DNA of 64,000 nt from Macrostomum lignano (taxonomy: Eukaryota), in assembly GCA_002269645.1 (NCBI GenBank), contig NIVC01002406.1, positions 62,001 through 126,000 on the forward strand. Reading direction: 5' to 3'. Shown piece by piece: positions 43,979 to 58,775 of the stretch; the stretch's first letter is position 1, and every line of letters begins with the position of its first letter. A model generated the notes under the pieces. The model did not search any database. It worked only from the letters and a program-made list of their open reading frames with translations, and was not told where the DNA came from. Made by a program: the position numbers and the translations under genes.

Positions 43979-44473
43979 CTAACTGTGCTATCAGCAAAAA
44001 AGATAACAAAGAGCCCACAGAGCACCCAAGATCCATTAAAAAATAAAATAAAGAATAGCAAAACACAAAGTACACAAACAGAAATTTCTTTATGTGGAGT
44101 CAAAACATTTAAAGATTAATAAAGCTAAAATAAGTGAAACCGATGTATAATTTTTAGTCAACGAGCAGTAAAATATATAGTGTAGCATATAGCTGAGCAC
44201 AATAAGAAAAAAGTCATGGAAATCACAAAAAAATTACATTTTCAGCTAATATGGTCTGCAATGTAATAAACATGTAAAATTCAATTATTAAATGCAAAAC
44301 TTTAATTTTCTGGCTATGTGCAGTTGAAATTAAAAGAACAATGAAATTAGCATGTTATTGTTATTAAAGAGCACATTGACAAAGCAGGTTACACACAATG
44401 TTGCCAAAACATAAAAATTACTTAATATAAAAATTAAAGCACTTGCACTCCAATGATCCAGCATCCTCAGTGA

Positions 44474-44772
44474 CATACATGCGCAACAGTCGGCCGAGTC
44501 GGCCGATCCGGCCGACCGATTTGGCGGCCAACCAAGGAAGTCGCAAAAATGCCCACCCGAAAAAACACCCAAGTAGTAGTACTAAGTAGCTGACGAAGCA
44601 TTTTGGATTAATAAGACAATCATAGTTACTCCTGCCGTTTACCCAAAATTGCATTAGTTTTGCTTTAGGTTTTTTTTTACATGTAAGTCGCAATTTTGGC
44701 CAAAAACTACGTCGCATTTTTGTTAAAACTAAGTCGCACGGCCGACCGAATTTTAGAGGTTGCGCATGTATG
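44474..44772. mobile_element. hAT-like MITE (299 bp)
   Basis: Perfect 14-bp TIR catacatgcgcaac. Perfect 8-bp TSD ctcagtga. Internal cggccga and aagtcgca repeats. Confidence 0.88.
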
Positions 44773-47700
44773 CTCAGTGAACAGGCACAAATTAAAATAA
44801 GAAAATCACATCTTATAGTTAATAAAAAGAATTTTTTTAAAGTTTTATAATAAGCCTGGCTACACACTAAATAGAACAATTATGCCACAACACAAATTGG
44901 GAGCATAGAAAACACAGAAAGAACTAGCATGTCAGTCTAGATAGCCAATCTATGGCTACAGACTCTTTTTTAAAGTAGTCATACTAGTAAAAACAACTCA
45001 ACCTTTTTGGAAAGCAAAGCATTTTGCACCTCACAGATTAAAAGTGTACATATATAAAATTATATGGCTGAATTGCATTCTAGATATAATTCCAATATAA
45101 TTTAACAATAGTCAACAATCAATACTAATAGCATTGACTAAATTGCAAAAGAAACACATTTTATGAAAAAAGAAACTTTATATGGGTTCACATGAACTTG
45201 AAAAAGCAATCCTTGCCATTTCACTTTAGATCAAGATTTTAGTACATAGGGATTAAAAGCCTCTGTTTTGGAAGTACATGGTGGAAGCCTTTGTCTTTTC
45301 TCCAGCCAGACATGAATTGGACTATAGTAGTAAGCCTGAAAAGTCGTGCATTTTAAACAATTAGAACATTGATTAGATTATAATTAAAATAAAAGAAAAT
45401 AGATAACAATGAAAGTCATTACTTTTTTATTGATTTTAATATGATTGTATATACAATTTTTCCATAATTTAATAGCATATGTGACATTGCTAGTTTAAGT
45501 GGTCCCGAGAGGGGCCGTTGGACTATAGTTTCCCTTGCTATTTCTCATTTTAATTTCTCCAATAGTTTATTTTAACGTTTACTTGTAGTAGCGTGCAAAT
45601 AATCTGTATCAATTGCTAATTCACTGTGTATTTGGTAGGCCTTGCACTCGTCTGTGAATTTTGGCACGATCGATAATTTCAAGTTCTCTCGCCAGCCAAT
45701 GAAGGCTCTCCGTGTTTACGCTACCCCCTTTTGCGCTCTTTATTAGCACCCCCCCGCCTGGCGGCGGGCCCCTCACCTTCGGCCCTCCTCCTGCCTTCTG
45801 TCTGGTTTCGGGCTGCCTCGAGCCCCCCTTATCTCTCGCCACGGCTCCTCTGTCTGGGCCAGCCTGTTTACACTGCCTGCCACTGTCTGCCACGGCTAAC
45901 GCCAATCTCACCACTACGCATCTGCCTCTTCTGTGCTCATCGCCGTTACTCACCACGTTGCATCGCATTGCATCACTCGCCTGCCACTCGACTGCAATTT
46001 CTAACTCACCTTCAATTCAAAACCATTGTTGCAGCCGCCAGTGTCCCAAAGCGCAATAAGTTCTGTATTGACATTAACCAATTAGAATATTGATCTCAAC
46101 AATAAATCAACTATGGCAGTTCCCTGCCTTGTACGCCAAGTGCTCCACTACACAATCCGCTTCTCAAGACTTGACTCGATTCATTTTGGGACTACGACTT
46201 ACGACAACTCTCGTAAAATGGCCCTTCTAAGGGTCATAGCCCCTATGCCAAATCATGTGACAGTATAATATTGTATTATCAATATCTATCAACATATAGG
46301 CCCTTAGTAATAGGGCCTAATATAATTATTATACCTACTAAATAATACTTATAAGACCTATAAAATATATATCATACTCTAAAGTTCTATATTTGTTACG
46401 CATACATTATATATAATAGAATTAAAACTTCAATAATATGGACTATGGACCTTACTTTAGTCTTAGAATAAAAATAAAAATATTGAATTAACCAAGCACA
46501 AAAAACAAATATAACTAGTCTAATTAATCAAGTTTGCCTTTAAAATATATATGCTATATTACCTAGGCTAAAATATGCAAATGTAGAGCTATACATGGCA
46601 TATAGGCCTTACAAACAATAGCCCTAGCCTTATATATACAAAGGAAACTTCCTTTGGCTTAGGCCTATTGTTTAAGACATAAGTAGTAAACAGTAAACTT
46701 GAAAGTGTTAGGCCCCTATCTATTACAAAGCAAATGTATGCAAAACAGGCACATAGGAAAGATCATTTTGAGAAAGAAGTAGGCCCATTGCTACGGTCAG
46801 TCAGTTTTGTTTGGATTAGATAATGAATTTAGCAGAGTGCTCATTATTACATTAAGAATGAAAGGAGAACTTTGATACATTATTTTTTATTACTAAAGAA
46901 AAACTGCCACAATAATATTATCGAAAGCGAGCTTTAACTTTTGATCTTCTTCTATACTGCAAAGGTGTTTTTGTAATAACATAAAAATTATTTAGTTATG
47001 TAATATAATCTTCACGCCTTGGCAACAAAAGGTATGATTTTTTCATTCAAACACATTGCGAGCAGAATCTACTGACCCATTTATTTGCTTATACAAATAA
47101 ACAAAAATTTTCGCATGCTTGCTGGTTCTAACGCAAGTAGTCGTTATATATTTATTTAAAATGCATTAAATCGAAATTAATTTTAAAGTTAGTTGGACAA
47201 TTCTGTAAGATGTTTGTATTTTCAAGGTGGTACTTTTTTTATTTAAACTTTTTTCTCGCAATTTTCTCGCTCGAAAAAATTTTAACTTAAAGGAATTGTT
47301 TCAAAATCTCTCAAAATTCTACATTCTGCCATGAAAAATCAACGTTTTTTTACTTATTAAAGAGGAAACGGTGTAAAAACATGTTTATGTGATAAAAAAC
47401 CTCCATTATTTCTTCAGCTCGTATTTTAGTTACGGGAGTTGCGAGTTTATTACATAAAAATTACGTGAAATTGTCAAGCGGGAGAGGTAAGGAAACATTG
47501 CACCCAGTTTCGCGGGTCCAATGGCAATATACTCCATCGCAACATTGTCGCCTATCCATGCTGCTCTAAAATACAAATGGTGGCGGTTCTACTGAAGACA
47601 CTATAATTTGATTCTGTCTGAGCCATAGAACCTAACAATTGTTTTCGTTAATAACGTAACAAAGTGTTTATAGTTTTTTAAAAAATGAAAACTTATCCCG

Positions 47701-47823
47701 ACGGTCCGGCCCCCGCTGAATGACCGGTTTTTCAGTTCCAGTTCCCGATCAGATAAAAATAACAAAAAGATCGATTTAGCAGAAAACACTTGGATGTAAA
47801 ACGATTTTTTTGTCGAAACTCAA

Positions 47824-48126
47824 ATTTACCATCTGAAATCTGTGTATATATAAAAAATCTGCTTCACAGACCGTACTGTTGCTTCAGTGCAGGTCTCCAA
47901 TCTTGCATAGCGTGATGTTGAAACGTCAGTAACTGCCGAATTTCGCATACAGGCCAAATCATTCTACCCCTAGAACTACGAAATACGAAACAGCGACTGT
48001 TAACCAATTTTATTTTTGCAATTTACCATCTGAAATCTGTGTATATATAAAAAATCAGCTTCACAGACCGTACTGTTGCTTCAGTGCAGGTCTCCAATCT
48101 TGCATAGCGTGATGTTGAAACGTCAG
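47824..48126. repeat. Direct duplication of about 105 bp
   Basis: atttaccatctgaaatctgtgtatatataaaaaatc...gatgttgaaacgtcag occurs at about 47824 and about 48021. Confidence 0.85.
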
Positions 48127-48204
48127 AAACTGTACGATTTCGTAGCTACAAGGGTTTGTAACTTAATTTGTAAAATAACCAGCTTATACTCGTAGGTAAT
48201 TATA

Positions 48205-49593
48205 GAACAACAGCAACAAAAAATACGCAGTCACCCCAATAGTCAGTGGAGGGAGCGTCAGATGGCATGTCGAAGCGCCAGCAGGCGAAGAATCAATTGT
48301 CCGGCCCATTAATCAACAGTGTCGGGCGCCCCAAACGTTGCTCAGGATGCAGTCCACGTATCTCCGTGTCCTCGGTCGCTTGAGCCCGCCTGAACTGTTC
48401 AAGCAAAGTGAGCGGCAGGATGTCCTGGACAGGCTAGGGCAATAGCCCGGATCACGTAGCGCTTGTCAGTTGGAGTCACCGTCTCGCTGCAGGATGGTAC
48501 ATCCTTGGACAGGACGCTTTTGTCAGCCTGAACGCATGGAGCAGCCCCGCGGGCCGAGTGATCCAATTGTTTAGCTGTTGCTCCAGCGTGGCCGTAACAT
48601 CGGGACGCTAGAATTCGCGCGACTGGATTTCGCGCGATCTGGCATTCGAGCGACTGCATTTGCGCGACTGGAAATCGCCCGACCTGGAATTGAAGCGCGC
48701 GACTTCTTTCTAGCGACTGGATTTCACACGACTGGATTTAAATCCAGTCAATCGAAATCCAGTTGCGCGAAATTCAGTCGCGCGAAATCCAGTCGCACGA
48801 AATTCTACGTCGCGCGAAATCTAGTCGCTTGAAGTAAGTCGCGAGAAATGATGCAGTCGAATTCAATTTCAAGTCGCCTAAAATCATCCGATTCGCGCAA
48901 AATCCTGGTGCGCAGAAGACAATTAGCGCAAAATCCAGTAGCGCGAATTCTAGCGTCCCTTGAACATCCACGTCTCTGCAGCGTTGTCGAGCAACACTGA
49001 AAGGACGTGTCGAACAGCCGAGCCCTCTGACGATCGGGCAGCGCTTTGGACTGAGGATGACGCGAATCGACCGGTAGGCCGTCCAGGCAAGTCCTGTCGA
49101 TCTAGATCTGCGTCGCCGAATTTCGTCCTCAACGTTGGGCAATCAGACCGTCGAGGTGAACCGCTGACAGCGCGCGAGGTTGGTCGTCTGCCCATCTGCG
49201 CCGCGGCATTACGCTGTGGTGACGGCAGACGGCTTGTCTGACCTGTCTGAAACTTCGTTTAGGAGTGCTACACAGAGCGACACATTCTAGCGCCGTTCCT
49301 CTTCGTGCTGCTCCTGGCATGGATTGTGCAGCTTAGGAACGGACCCTCTAGTTCAGCAGGCGACGGCTTCCTGCTGCGCAGACACATCGGTCGCCGCCAC
49401 AACGAGAAGCGTCTGAGCGGTTCTGGGCTACGCCGAGACCTCACACTCCTGTCCTCAACTGTTGATGGCGCACAGCGCTAGATTAAGGTTGGTCGAGGTG
49501 GCATTAAAGCGTCGGCCTATTTGTTGACACGCTGAAAGACCGAGGCGCTGGCATGACCATCTCAGCGAGCCGATATCCCAGCGGAGCTGACAT
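48205..49593 (-). mobile_element. RTE-like non-LTR copy related to 8968-9971, with an inverted 5' segment and an inserted MITE
   Basis: 48205-49210 matches the 3' part on the minus strand. 49212-49593 matches the upstream RT part on the plus strand. Confidence 0.8.
48602..48959. mobile_element. MULE-like MITE inside the LINE
   Basis: TIR gggacgctagaattcgcgc. Internal gcgcgactgga repeats. Degenerate 9-bp TSD cgtaacatc / ttgaacatc. Confidence 0.78.
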
Positions 49594-52500
49594 ATCACCA
49601 TACAGCGATATGATGGCGTCAACTAGCTGCTGGGGACTCGACAGGTTTGTAGGACAAAAGGAAGTGTTACTCTTAGCACTGAATCAAATTCCATAATAAT
49701 TAAAAACCCTAAAAAATGTTGAGTAAAGGCCAAGACCTTTCACAGAGTTGTAACTCCTTTAATTTCCTATTTTTCCGAGGTTCATTCTTGCGCGTACAGA
49801 CTCAATTCATATGCAGTTATTTCCAGCTTGTACATTGTTTCATTTTACGAAATTGTACCTTTAAATGCATAATCACATGCAAGGGCCGCGTCATCATACG
49901 GGACAGGGGCTGACATCGGGACAACTGTGCATATGTTCCCCCCTGGCCTGAGTGAAAGCTATGAAAAAGCGAACAAAATGAGTGTCTTTGTGGCAATAAA
50001 ATTGAGTGTTAAAAACACCGATATAAAAAATAATGTAGGAATTTCGTCACTAAGAATTCTTGACTTTGTCTCCCACAATAAAATCCATAGCGACGCGCTC
50101 ACGCCCCTGATCACATGCAAGTTAAGAATTACATCTAATTGTGCAACATATTTACATGTTTAATATTTGATCAATTAGATTTGTAAGGTCTGTAGAGAAA
50201 TTACAATTAATCAATTCAAGGTGCACTATTGGATTAATTTACGTATTGACTGTATTAAGTTATTGATAGAATTTTTACGACAATTACATGTATTCTTCTG
50301 GAGAAGTAACATCTTAATCTTATAAATTACATGTATCCTATCTTATATTTTTATCTCAATATTTTTATTTCACATGTAATATTGAAAACTCATGCTTTAT
50401 AAGGACTTTTAACTTTAAAGAATTTTTTGGCGTCAATTGAAACCATTATTTGAATTGCTTTTAGTTCATTTATTAATTTACCACAGTATTTTTTATTTCA
50501 AAGTAGTTGTAGTTAACTTAATTGTAGTTAACTACTGTCTTTATCAAGTGTAAAAAAACGAAAAAATTTTTTATAAATGTCTACTAGTTTCTTTGTTTAT
50601 TCATTCTACATATTAATTTTTATCATATTTAAGAAGAGTTCGTACTTCATATTGTTATCGTCTCATTATCACATACAACGATAATGATAGATCGAGCTGA
50701 GACTCCGAGATCGAACCGTGGTTTTTTGAATATTCGCCTCTAGTACTTGTTTCTACCATAAAATATAAATAATACAAGAAAACGTTTAATTAACATTGTA
50801 TTTTATTGTTTTTTAAAACATTAATGTCAACTTCATTCTTAAACCAGTAAACATTTGTTTTAATATGCGTTGTAACATATTCCGTTACGGCGGGATTTTA
50901 AAGTACGATTTGGGGGGTCGTTCTTGAAAGCTAGGTCACAACTTTTTGTTATTGCAAAAAAAGTTTATACATCGACCAATAATCGTACAAAAAAATTCTT
51001 TCGACAATTTCTGTAAGAAGCTGCTACTAAAACCACAAGAAAACTTGAAATTGAGAAGAAATCAAGGCTATTTGTTATTCTTTGTTGCGGAAAATAAACG
51101 ACAAAAATATTAAAGAGAAAATAAAATTTTCTTCCATTTTTATTTTAAATATGCGGTTAAATTTCTTTTGCAAAAATAAAAGAACAAGAAATTGACAAAG
51201 GAAATGTTTTTGAGCACAGCATTTTGTTACTCTGCTCTAAATCCCAGACATTTAAAATTATAGTGTGCGAAAAAGTGCGAAATTATTATAGCATGCACTC
51301 GAAAGAACTTTGATCAGTTTAACTAATCACTGAATTAAGAAGTCTAAATAAGTCTTGAAAGGTTGAATTAAAAATCAAGTTTTCACTATGTATCTTTTCA
51401 AAGGCAAGATGATTCGACAAATAAAGAATGTTCATTTTTACCTTGAATAGAATTGTTCATTTTTACATTAAATATAATAAAATCTAACTAATAATAGAAA
51501 AAGTCAGGGAACTATCCTTGAACACCAAAAAGCACATTGTGGATTTAATATCGACTGCATGTTCCTTAATAAAGGAATTCGGATACTATTCGGATACTAA
51601 TTCGGATACTTCGGATACTCGGAAACTTGCTTGATTTTACTTTAAGTACTCATTACATTAATACTTATACCAAAGCTACATGTACTTAAAATAAAAAATT
51701 ATAGTTACTTATTAGACATTTTACTCCAATTAACTTAAAATAATTCAAATTTATTTTAATTAATTCATTTTTTGAAACTTTTTGGAAAATAGACAAAATT
51801 GAATTATTTAATTAATTACCAAAAACCTACTAGCTTAACTAAAATAGCAATTAGTCTTTAAGAAAATATTTCACTTGTTAATTGAGAAAAATGAGGATGT
51901 GCGAGGTGTAAAAATGCGAAAGAGCATGCAGGAAACAGAGACAAACAAAAATGTAGGTAAAAGACACTGCACATGCACATAATATAATAACCAGACATGA
52001 TGCGGACACTGAAACACCAGTAGCAATGACGCCCAAGCTTTTGATGATCACAAGCGAAAAGGCAAAACCCAGCCATCAATCAAAGAAGTAGACTATAGCA
52101 CGCATCTTGAGTGCATCACGCATTTTTTGCAGAGAAGCTCGAAAATTAACATTGTATTCTGTGCACAACCACCAACTGCGACAGGGTCTGCCGGGGGATT
52201 TGTGGGCACGCGGTCGCGGATACAAATCGGAGGAGTCGCTGACCATTCTGAAATTACAAGCTAGTACATGTAATTTTGTGTATTAATATATTTAGCCCGC
52301 TTTATTTCTATGCTCTCGTCCGCCTCTCGTTAATGCATCCCCAGACTCATGCAATAATCAAACTTATGATCGAACTATGCATGGCTTCCGTCCCTCGCTT
52401 TGAATCTCTCACCTCCCCATAGTTCCATCAACCTTACCGTAGTGGCTTCCTATGCAAAAATCATCCCTCCGCATCTTACACAGGCTACTTCAGGCTGTAG

Positions 52501-55500
52501 ACTGTACTACACTATTAATTAGTTGCGCTAAGGAATCTACATGTATTTGCTCGCAGCGCAGCGCGCTGCTCAAATAAGGTTAGATCCATCTAGATATTCT
52601 AGTAATTTCAGGTTTGTCCATAGACTAGAGCTCATGAGATAAGAATTCCATTAACTAGTACATTTAATATGAATGAACTGCGTGTGTGTGCTGTACATAC
52701 ATATGTATAATATACGAGTAGTTTATGGGCCAAATTATTGTGTGGCACAATTCTTGGCATCACTCAGCAGGCACAAGATGCAGTTAAGCAGCGCACGAAA
52801 ATTCTACAAAAGAAATTGAGCCTGGTTGAGGTGATGCGAGGAGACAGATCCACACAATCTCAGTGAATACACCAGACTGCACCAGATACGAGTCCAGTCG
52901 AATGTGCGCACTGGTCTAAGCAGCACACGCATGTCCTCCTGACAATGACGGCACCTAGCTTCGTCCAAGCCTTTGCCAGCGTCACTGACAGCGTCAATAC
53001 TACCATGCAGTGCCACCTGCAGCACCGACAACGGCAATTCCTCCAGTTAGCCCACAACAGTGGCTAAACTGAGGGACAGGGAACCTACCCGCAGAAGACA
53101 CACACATACACACACAGCACCGGCAGCAGCACTCTGACAGCATACCTAAAGCTCCATGAGCTCAGTTTTCAAGCATTGAAGAAGCAGAAGCAGTCATCTT
53201 GAATCCAGGGATCAGGAAGAGTGTTGCATGTCCGACATGTGCTGTTTCCGTGGCAAAAGGTGATGGAGCAAATTAATCAACACTTACTATCTAGCTCGTA
53301 TTAAGACTAAAAAACTGAGGCAAGCTGGGATTAAACCAAGGAAAATTTTTTACTATACTTTTTTACCATATACTTTTACTATACTTTTATAGTATAGTAG
53401 AGAGGTACTCTATTTAAATGCAGTAAGAAGTGAAACAAATTTATATATTTAATTATTAAATTAAATTAATTCAAGGTAAATAACTAATTTAACCAATTTA
53501 TTAGGAGTATTTAATATTATAATAAATTGATTTTTATACCTTACACGAAATAAGCTCTACATTCATTTCTTAGCTTGGGGCCCATCTGTATAAGGTCAGT
53601 TTCTTCAAAATGCTGATTAATTAATTAAGGCCTGTTGTCTTTACTTAAATTTATAAGGGCATCTTAGAAGTTAATATTACTATATAATACATGTATAATA
53701 TTATTACTATATTACAATAATATAGTTGCAATTTTAATGACTATTGAATAAGTCTAAATGCTTCCCCTATTGACTTTAAATATATGGTATCTTTCCCTTC
53801 AGAAAAAATTAGCATAGAATGACTTGATGAAAACAAAAAAAATCATTTCGAGATACACATTTGTTGATCATTCAGGTCAAATTTCAAGGTCCAGTTTTGC
53901 ACATGTTTCTCTGTAGCTTGGTTACAAGGATTCTAATAAAAATATAATAAATATGTCCAATGAACTAACTGATACATAGCCAAATTGAAGTATTTTCAAA
54001 AAAAAAATCATTTGCTCAGTTTACTTTACTGGATATCTGTGTAAAATTTCAGCTCAAAAGGTGCTCCATGGAGAATGCTAGTGTGGTTACAGGATATTTA
54101 TTTTGTGCTTCAAAGTAGGAGTTTATTGCAATGCATGGTTGCTTTTAATTATTTTTATCAACAATAGTGCTCTATTTCATAACAATTTTTTACAAAAAGA
54201 TAATAAGACATGTTTTTCTAATTATCTGCATCAAAATGTATCATTTTAAGTGCACATTCTAGACGTCAGCTGAAAAATACATTTTGTGAGATAAGAAGAG
54301 GCTATCCCACCGGAAATGCTAGGCGTACAGTTAAGCGTCTATAAAATAATTTATAGTGCAGTTTATTAAGCTTTAAAAAAATCTTAAATTAAATTTATAT
54401 AAGCTTTCATTTTAAATGTAATATAGCAAGGTTTCAACACAACAACAACTTTTTTTAGCTACAGACATCTTGTAGTATCAAAAATTAACATCGGTGAAAT
54501 GATTGAATTTGAATTTTTTCATCGCTAATTATCGTTTAATACCGCCAGATGATTAAAAACACTTTTGCATGATAAAGTTCAACCCAAAAATTATCTTTAT
54601 TCACAGATAAAAGTGTCCTATTATTTTCAATATGGCAGTAACAATAGTAAATGTTCGGAAAATTGTTAAAATTTTTGCTCCTCCTAGAATTTGCGAACGA
54701 CCCTGGGAACTAAAACTGAAAAACCGGTCATCCCCCGCCCAGGATGGAATTCTTGTATTTCTTAAGTCAAACGGAATTATGCGATTTTTTTATGGTGCGC
54801 AAAATATTTTTTATTGGTCACATTTTTTATTTTGGTACTTAGCACGTGGCAAAATGGTAAAAACAAGTTTTTTAATGGCTTAGCTACTGCCTAATGAAAA
54901 ATAACGAAAAATGCATTCTAAGAAAATGTAGTGATTTGAATTTTCGTCCAAATACGTATGTCAAGAGAATGTTACGAGTTTCTACTTTTTATAGAATTTT
55001 GTGCCTTATTTAGTTTTTACTTTTTATTCTTTTTTTCTTCGTGATCTTAGCTAGTAGGATTATCTTTTGCAAAATTTAATATCTCAAGCGCACTTTTGCA
55101 TATATTAAGAATTAGCAATTTTGTCTGAAATTCTGCGACGCATTTTTCCGGATTTTTTGACGCAAAATCGCATTTTTTCGCGCAATCTGGGTTTTTTTTT
55201 CGCCAGAGATAAGGTGCGAAATCGCACCTTGTGCCAAATTTCAAGGTGCGATTTTAAGGCTCAGAGTGCAATTTCTCTTGAGTCTTGTTTAGAATGTGGG
55301 GGTTTCACGAGAGATATTCAGACAGACATTCGAAACGATCGTCTGTAACTTTAAACAAAATTGACCCGCTTCAACCATCTTTTTGGCAAATACTTACGCA
55401 AGTGTTGGGCGTCGAATAAGCTTTAATTTATTAACTGAAGTAAAAATCCTTCTGACATGCATTGATTTAAAAATTGCTTAGCAACACTAGCTCTGATTAG

Positions 55501-55582
55501 AAATCGCTTTACTGTTGACTAAAATTGTTTTGATCGTAGCAGCCTAAAAGCAGATACTGGATTTAAAAATGCTTCGATTTAC

Positions 55583-55970
55583 TCTATACGCATGTCTCAG
55601 CTTTAAAATGACACCTCAGGCGTCGCAAAAGACAGCTTTGATGCTGAGATATTCGACACTAAACATGCATTGCTTTGCGCAATCTCACATTCAGAAATTT
55701 CACTGATTTTTTGTCGATATTTGTGCAGTTGCCATGTCCTTGTTTTTCATCAGAATCTTGTCAAATTCTAGTCATGTCTATACGCATGTCTCAGCTTTAA
55801 AATGACACCTCAGGCGTCGCAAAAGACAGCTTTGATGCTGAGATATTCGACACTAAACATGCATTGCTTTGCGCAATCTCACATTCAGAAATTTCACTGA
55901 TTTTTTGTCGATATTTGTGCAGTTGCCGTGTCCTTGTTTTTCATCAGAAACTTGTCAAATTCTAGTCATG
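55583..55970. repeat. Near-perfect 194-bp tandem duplication
   Basis: 55583-55776 is repeated at 55777-55970. Confidence 0.92.
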
Positions 55971-58629
55971 TCCAGTTTAAACCTGGACTTCTCTTAAACT
56001 GTCTTAAGTATTTGATTTTTAATGATTCCTGCCTTTATATTGCATAGATTGTACCTGAGTCAGTGAGTCTGTGAGTGTACATTTGTACATATGGCAACCA
56101 ATCATGACTTTTTCACCGCTTTGCGGTTCAAATAAATATACGAGTGTACGAGAAACATGTTCCAACTGTTATTGAGAGAAATTGACGTCGCGTTTATTAA
56201 CAGTCAGTGGCAATTAATATGAAGCAAATAGTTTATTGTTATGTTTTTACTTTTTTTTGCGTGGCAATTCTGCTATCCAAATCGGAATGAGGTAAGCGGT
56301 GGGAATAAAATAAAAAGGAAGAATTTTTTCTACTGTTGTTGCAACCCAATAGCTATATGTACTTCAAACTTTTTAGATTGAACAGGCGATTTCTAATGTA
56401 CTGCTAAGCTTTCCAATCCCTACGGACTACAGTAGCAGTTCTTAACTTTTTTTCTGTCTTGACTTCTAGACTCGGAATTCGGAACAACCTAAGGAGCCGC
56501 ATGAAAATATTTAATTGGATAAAGATATTTTCTAAAAACAGCTCAAGTCGTGACACATCTTCTTCTCACCTCAGTCCATCAACTGCTGCTCCTTCTGAGA
56601 CCAAAGCGATCGTGAAAGTAAAACAGATCAGTTTAGATCCCATGGCCATGAATACAACCATTTCAATTGTGAACCTGCTTCGCTTACTCGAGCACTAGCC
56701 TTCCATTTGATGCCATTAGCTCACTTAACTCTGAAATAGTTCAAGGACGGTTCCAAATGTTGAGATCTGACGTAGAAGCAGTCCAATTTGTGGAAATTTA
56801 TCAACTGGACTCCATGAATCACTCCAATGAAAGGCGGCGAATAGCTGCAGAATGCGTAAACAAGTTTAAGTGAGTCACAAAAACCCCATTTACTGTAACT
56901 ACATACACTTGTACGTTAGCAAGGCTCCATGCGATGGTTAATAAATGGAGAAGCAGACAAGCATCTGAACAAATATTGAATAAAAATCAGTGAAGTTTCC
57001 GAATGTGAGTTTCCCAGTGAAAAATGATTTATGGATTCCACGTGGGTTCCATGTGGCCATGTGGAATTTAAATGTTTCTTTTATTTTTGCAAATTAATGA
57101 ATTAAAGATTACATAATGGTATGCAAAGTATTTTTTATGCATTAATTTTCTATTTTTACTATCCTATTGTAGATGTGGATTTTACAAGGAATTCATTAGA
57201 AATACGCGTATATTGATTCAACATGGAATCCACTTCGATAAAAATACTGAGATATACTACATTCAGGTGTTTTTATAAAATTAATTTAATAAATTATTAT
57301 ATTTATGTGATTTTAAGTAAAACTTAATAACTTTAAGCTAAATTATTATCGAAAAATTAGACACTGTTTGTTAAAATAGACAAAATAGAAGTGGACAGTA
57401 AAAAATGTTTCGTGCTTTTTAAAATTAAATTTATTTTATTTTTATTCGTCAATGTCTTGGTTGGTTCAAGGCCTTGAAAGATAAATTGCCTTGTTTATGG
57501 CTATTTAAGCACCTTATAAATTTTAGTAGGCCTAACCTATAGGCAATAAGCCCCCTACTTATAAGGCCATGGTCTCCTCTAAGAAATCAGATAAATCAGT
57601 ATTTTTTCCTAGATAGGCCTACTTTTGGTAAAATCCATGATAAAATTATTTATCCAATTTCTAGGAATCCCATGGCCATGCCCATAGTTTAGATACTCAT
57701 TTTTAACTTCAATAGGCCTATAGAAGCTCATAATTTCCTCTTAGTCCTACCTACCTATCTGTTGGTCCCTGGACATTTCGGTGACAGGACGTTTCGGTGA
57801 CAGCCTTTTCGGTGACAATTTAGGACGATTCGGTGAAAAATTTAGACGATTCGGTGACACGTTTTAAAAATGGAAGTTAATTTTGTCTGTAAGATAATAT
57901 AAACTCATGAACAAGACTTAATACTCAAAACTCGTCAGATTTTATTGCTTTGCGTTGATTTCGTAACTGACTTTGTTATATCTTTACACTTAAATAAAGG
58001 GTCATCTGCATTTCTAGATAAAGGTCAGTCGGCTGAGGCGACACGTCAAAGAGGCTTTTCATATTACCAATTCCAGAATCTGAATCGGTTCGGATCTTCC
58101 ACGAAAAACAGCAGTATAACTATTTAATTCTGTTGAATGTTTGACTGCCTTAACAACCTCACTTAGCAAAATTTTTTACTTTCTTCTTGGCGATTGTCAT
58201 TCAATAATAAAAACTTTATAGCACGTATCTCCCTCTAGTTATGGAGACAAAAAGTTATACTTTACAAATTGGTTTTGGTTCTGGAACCAGAACAAGCAAT
58301 ATGAAAAGGCCCAAAGTCGCTTATTTTACACACTATAGCAGCATCATTTTTGCGACACTATCTGGATATATACCTGTGTTCAAGGCAATTCGTGTTAAAA
58401 ATGTACATGTAGCCATGAGTCGCCTGGTCGATCTACTGTATTGATGCAAACAAAAGTTGTGGTTGTAGTTTGTTACTCTACTATCAGGGCTATGGAGAGG
58501 GGGCTGGGACATTCCATGCTTTATCCCCCTGCACCGCGACCCCACTTTAATTTGTTGACCTGTTATGATGGAAATCAATAATTTCTGCATGTTTTACGGC
58601 GACAAAAAATAGCGCCTGCGGCACCAATT

Positions 58630-58775
58630 GAAATTGTGCCTGCGGCGCTGAAATAAGTGCAGCTACAGCGCTAAAATAAGTGCAGCTGCGGCGCTAAAAT
58701 AAGTGCAGCTGCGGCGCTAAAATAAGTGCAGCTACAGCGCTAAAATAAGTGCAGCTGCGGCGCTAAAATAATCGC
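58630..58775. repeat. Tandem repeat of about 24 bp (gcgctaaaataagtgcagct...) inside the MULE
   Basis: About six copies seen directly. Confidence 0.85.

Noticed and set aside
45600-46240. 115-120 aa ORFs in a GC-rich patch
   Set aside because: Low-complexity P/L/C/A-rich translations on both strands with no motif; origin unresolved.
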